From IMG/VR virus record IMGVR_UViG_3300010052_000145, positions 1 to 26,375 of that record: a DNA stretch of 26,375 bases, one strand, 5' to 3'. The notes under the pieces are model-generated. The model saw nothing but the letters and a program-made list of their open reading frames with translations. It ran no database searches and was not told the origin of the DNA. Positions 24,230 through 26,375 of the stretch are shown here, piece after piece. Position 1 is the stretch's first letter. Every line of letters starts with the position of its first letter. Both the position numbers and the translations under genes were made by a program. The stretch is from a virus (taxonomy: Duplodnaviria > Caudoviricetes).

Positions 24230-25306
24230 ATGGCTGACACCACCCAGGCCACTGGCCTGACAGTCCAGCAGTGGGACGACAAGTTCTTCGTCGAATACCA
24301 CCAGGACTCCGTCTTCAAGCCCTACATGGGCTCGGACGATTCGGCGATCATCCAGGTCAATGAGGACCTGTCGAAGAAGCGCGGCGATTCCATCACCTTC
24401 GCGCTCGTGAACTCGCTGTCGGGCGCCGGCGTCACCGGCACCGCCACGCTGGAAGGTAGCGAGGAGGCGCTCGAGACGCGCAGCTTCCGCCTCTATGTGG
24501 ACAAGGTCCGCAACGGCGTGCGCGTGGCCGAGATGTCCGAACAGCGTTCGGCGATCGACCTCCGTGACGCGGCCCGCGGCGCGCTCAAGCGCTGGATCAT
24601 GAACAAGACCCGTGACGACATCATCACGGCGCTTGGCAGCATCAATGGCACGGCCTACGGATCGGCCTCCGAGGGCAACAAGGACGCGTGGCTGGTCGAC
24701 AACGCTGACCGCGTGCTGTTCGGCGCGGCCATCGGCAACAACGCCGCCAACGACCACTCTGCGGCGCTTCTGACCCTCGACACCACGAACGACAAGTTCA
24801 CGGCGGCGGCTGCCAGGCAGATGAAGCGCCTGGCGCTGGCGGCGAATCCGGCCGTCACCCCGATCGAGGTGAAGGGAGGCAAGCGCGTCTACGTGGTGTT
24901 CTGCGGCCCTCGGACCTTCCGCGATCTGCAGACCAGTCTGGAGACGATCAACCGCGATGCCATGCAGCGCGGCATGGACAACCCGATCATCTCCGGTGCC
25001 GACCTCCACTACGACGGCATGGTGTTCAAGCTCGTGGACAACATCCCGATCTATGCGGGCGTCGGCGCGTCCTCTGCGGACGTGTCGCCGGTGTACCTGT
25101 GCGGCGCGCAAGCGATCGGCGTCGGCTACGCCAAGCGCACCCGCTCGGTGACCGAAGTGTTCGACTACGCGGACAAGAACGGCGTCGCGATCGAAGAGAT
25201 CCGCGGCATCAAGAAGCTGATCTTCGGGTCGGGCTCGGGCGACACCGACGACCTCAAGGACAACGGCGTGGTGACGGGCTACTTCGCGGCCCCGGCCGAC
25301 GCGTGA
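24230..25306 (+). CDS. Major capsid protein, N4-gp56/DUF4043 family (358 aa)
   Basis: VQQWDDKFF, DLSKKRGDSITFAL, GVTG..TLEGSEE, LCGAQA, FDY...GIKK...D.GVV; followed by a terminator. Confidence 0.92.
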   Translation: MADTTQATGLTVQQWDDKFFVEYHQDSVFKPYMGSDDSAIIQVNEDLSKKRGDSITFALVNSLSGAGVTGTATLEGSEEALETRSFRLYVDKVRNGVRVAEMSEQRSAIDLRDAARGALKRWIMNKTRDDIITALGSINGTAYGSASEGNKDAWLVDNADRVLFGAAIGNNAANDHSAALLTLDTTNDKFTAAAARQMKRLALAANPAVTPIEVKGGKRVYVVFCGPRTFRDLQTSLETINRDAMQRGMDNPIISGADLHYDGMVFKLVDNIPIYAGVGASSADVSPVYLCGAQAIGVGYAKRTRSVTEVFDYADKNGVAIEEIRGIKKLIFGSGSGDTDDLKDNGVVTGYFAAPADA

Positions 25307-25312
25307 TGACTG

Positions 25313-25343
25313 AGCGGGGCGGGCTTCGGCGCGCCCCGCTTTT
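25313..25343 (+). terminator. Intrinsic terminator after the capsid gene
   Basis: AGCGGGGCG-G-GC-TTCG-GC-G-CGCCCCGCT-TTT with a UUCG loop. Confidence 0.85.
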
Positions 25344-25374
25344 CCTGTTTCTCCAGCCGAAGGAGCGCTGAGCA

Positions 25375-26151
25375 GTGGCTAATCCGCTCTTCGGCTTCGA
25401 CACCTTCGTCGCGACCGGCAGCGTGACCGGCTCGCTCACGGCCGGGACGCTGCTCCTGGCCGTGACGATGCCGGAAAAAACGACGGTGGCCGGGCTTGAT
25501 CTGTCGGTGTCCGTCCTGGACAGCGCGGCGATCCCGACCGTCACCCTCGACATTGGTGATGCGGCCGATGCCGACCGCTTCGTGGCTGACAGCGATGCAG
25601 CGCAGAGCGGCGAGCTGCTGGAATACCGACCAGCCAACACGGAGTGGTATCGCTACGGCAAAGCCACGCCGCTGCGCATCACGGTCGGAGATGCGGCCGC
25701 GACTTCGGCGACAGGCGATCTGTCGCTGGTCGTCTACGGCTACCCGAGCGCGGACATCACCGACGTGGTGCGCGCCACGCTGCAGACCATGAATGTGCTG
25801 GCCGAGGGCGAGACCGCCCGCGCCGAGGACGCCGCCCTGGCGCTGGAAGCGCTGCGCGAGGTCCATGAGGGGCTGCGCGGCAAGCGCCTCGCGAACCGGC
25901 AAGACATGGCGTGGCCGCTGGCATCCGTGCCGATGTTCGCATTCCGCCCCTATGCGGTGATGGCGGGCAACCTGCTGGCGGACACGTTCGGCCTGTCTGC
26001 GCTGCGCGCGCAGCGCCTCGCAGCGCGGGCGAAAGAGGCTGAGAACGAAATCCGGCGCCAGACGGCGAAGAAGTCGCTCGGCGGCCCGGTGAGCCTTGAG
26101 CCGTATCTCGAGGACCCGCCGCATATCCTTGACCTCGGAGTCCTCGGATGA
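25375..26151 (+). CDS. Virion protein: decoration/cement-like domain fused to a head-to-tail adaptor-like domain (258 aa)
   Basis: N-half LDS...TLDIGD..DADRFV (beta-rich); C-half DVVRATLQTMNVLAEGETARAEDAALAL (P22 gp4-like); SD AAGGAG. Confidence 0.7.
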   Translation: MANPLFGFDTFVATGSVTGSLTAGTLLLAVTMPEKTTVAGLDLSVSVLDSAAIPTVTLDIGDAADADRFVADSDAAQSGELLEYRPANTEWYRYGKATPLRITVGDAAATSATGDLSLVVYGYPSADITDVVRATLQTMNVLAEGETARAEDAALALEALREVHEGLRGKRLANRQDMAWPLASVPMFAFRPYAVMAGNLLADTFGLSALRAQRLAARAKEAENEIRRQTAKKSLGGPVSLEPYLEDPPHILDLGVLG

Positions 26152-26375
26152 GCGGCACTGCATCGCGATTCCAGACGCGCTTCGGCTACGGGCCCGGGCT
26201 GCGCGTTGGGCAATTCCCGGGACCGCAGGAAGCATCCCGTGTGGTGCCGGCGACGTCCTATACGCCGCCGACGCCGACACCGCTGACGCCGCCAAGACGT
26301 CCGGGCCAGGCGATGAACGAAGGCGCTGCCGACGCCCTCGGCGGCAAGGCCGCCGCCTCACAGGAAGGAAGCTGA
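26148..26375 (+). CDS. Hypothetical Pro-rich protein (75 aa)
   Basis: ATGA-coupled to the upstream gene; stop at the window end. Confidence 0.45.
   Translation: MSGTASRFQTRFGYGPGLRVGQFPGPQEASRVVPATSYTPPTPTPLTPPRRPGQAMNEGAADALGGKAAASQEGS

Larger units (their letters stand above)
1..26375. mobile_element. Temperate prophage, partial (integrase through head genes)
   Basis: Gene order int-xis-early genes-recT/recE-cI/cro-replication-nin-like genes-terS-terL-portal-scaffold-MCP. Dense ATGA/GTGA coupling. No host housekeeping genes in the window. Confidence 0.97.

Noticed and set aside
20937-26361. Long minus-strand ORFs opposite terL, portal, scaffold, capsid and adaptor
   Set aside because: Shadow frames expected in GC-rich DNA; the plus-strand genes carry the family motifs.

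Overview
This is the left and central part of a GC-rich (about 70% by eye) temperate prophage with lambdoid gene order and P22/N4-gp56-type head genes. The host is probably an alphaproteobacterium (inferred from protein and regulatory motifs). The window runs from the integrase stop to the first head-completion genes; att sites, tail and lysis genes lie outside it. Left arm (minus strand): tyrosine integrase, excisionase, about 20 small translationally coupled early genes, RecT plus a RecE-like exonuclease, a PAPS-reductase-like PP-loop protein and two HNH endonucleases. Immunity region: a short XRE repressor with no autoprotease domain, divergent from Cro, with five GTGAC-N5-CTCAC operators. 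Right arm (plus strand): HTH genes, a VRR-NUC nuclease, a Prim-Pol/AAA helicase followed by an iteron-like origin, an inverted two-gene cassette, nin-like small genes, a putative late regulator, TerS, TerL, portal, scaffold, major capsid protein and a decoration/adaptor fusion. The most notable signal is a sigma70-like promoter overlapped by an alphaproteobacterial LexA-like box. It points antisense into the non-cleavable repressor gene and precedes an SD-led 83-codon overlapping ORF, which makes it a candidate undescribed SOS induction switch. Family calls come from motif recognition only, with no database searches, and many start codons were re-picked using SD and stop/start overlaps.
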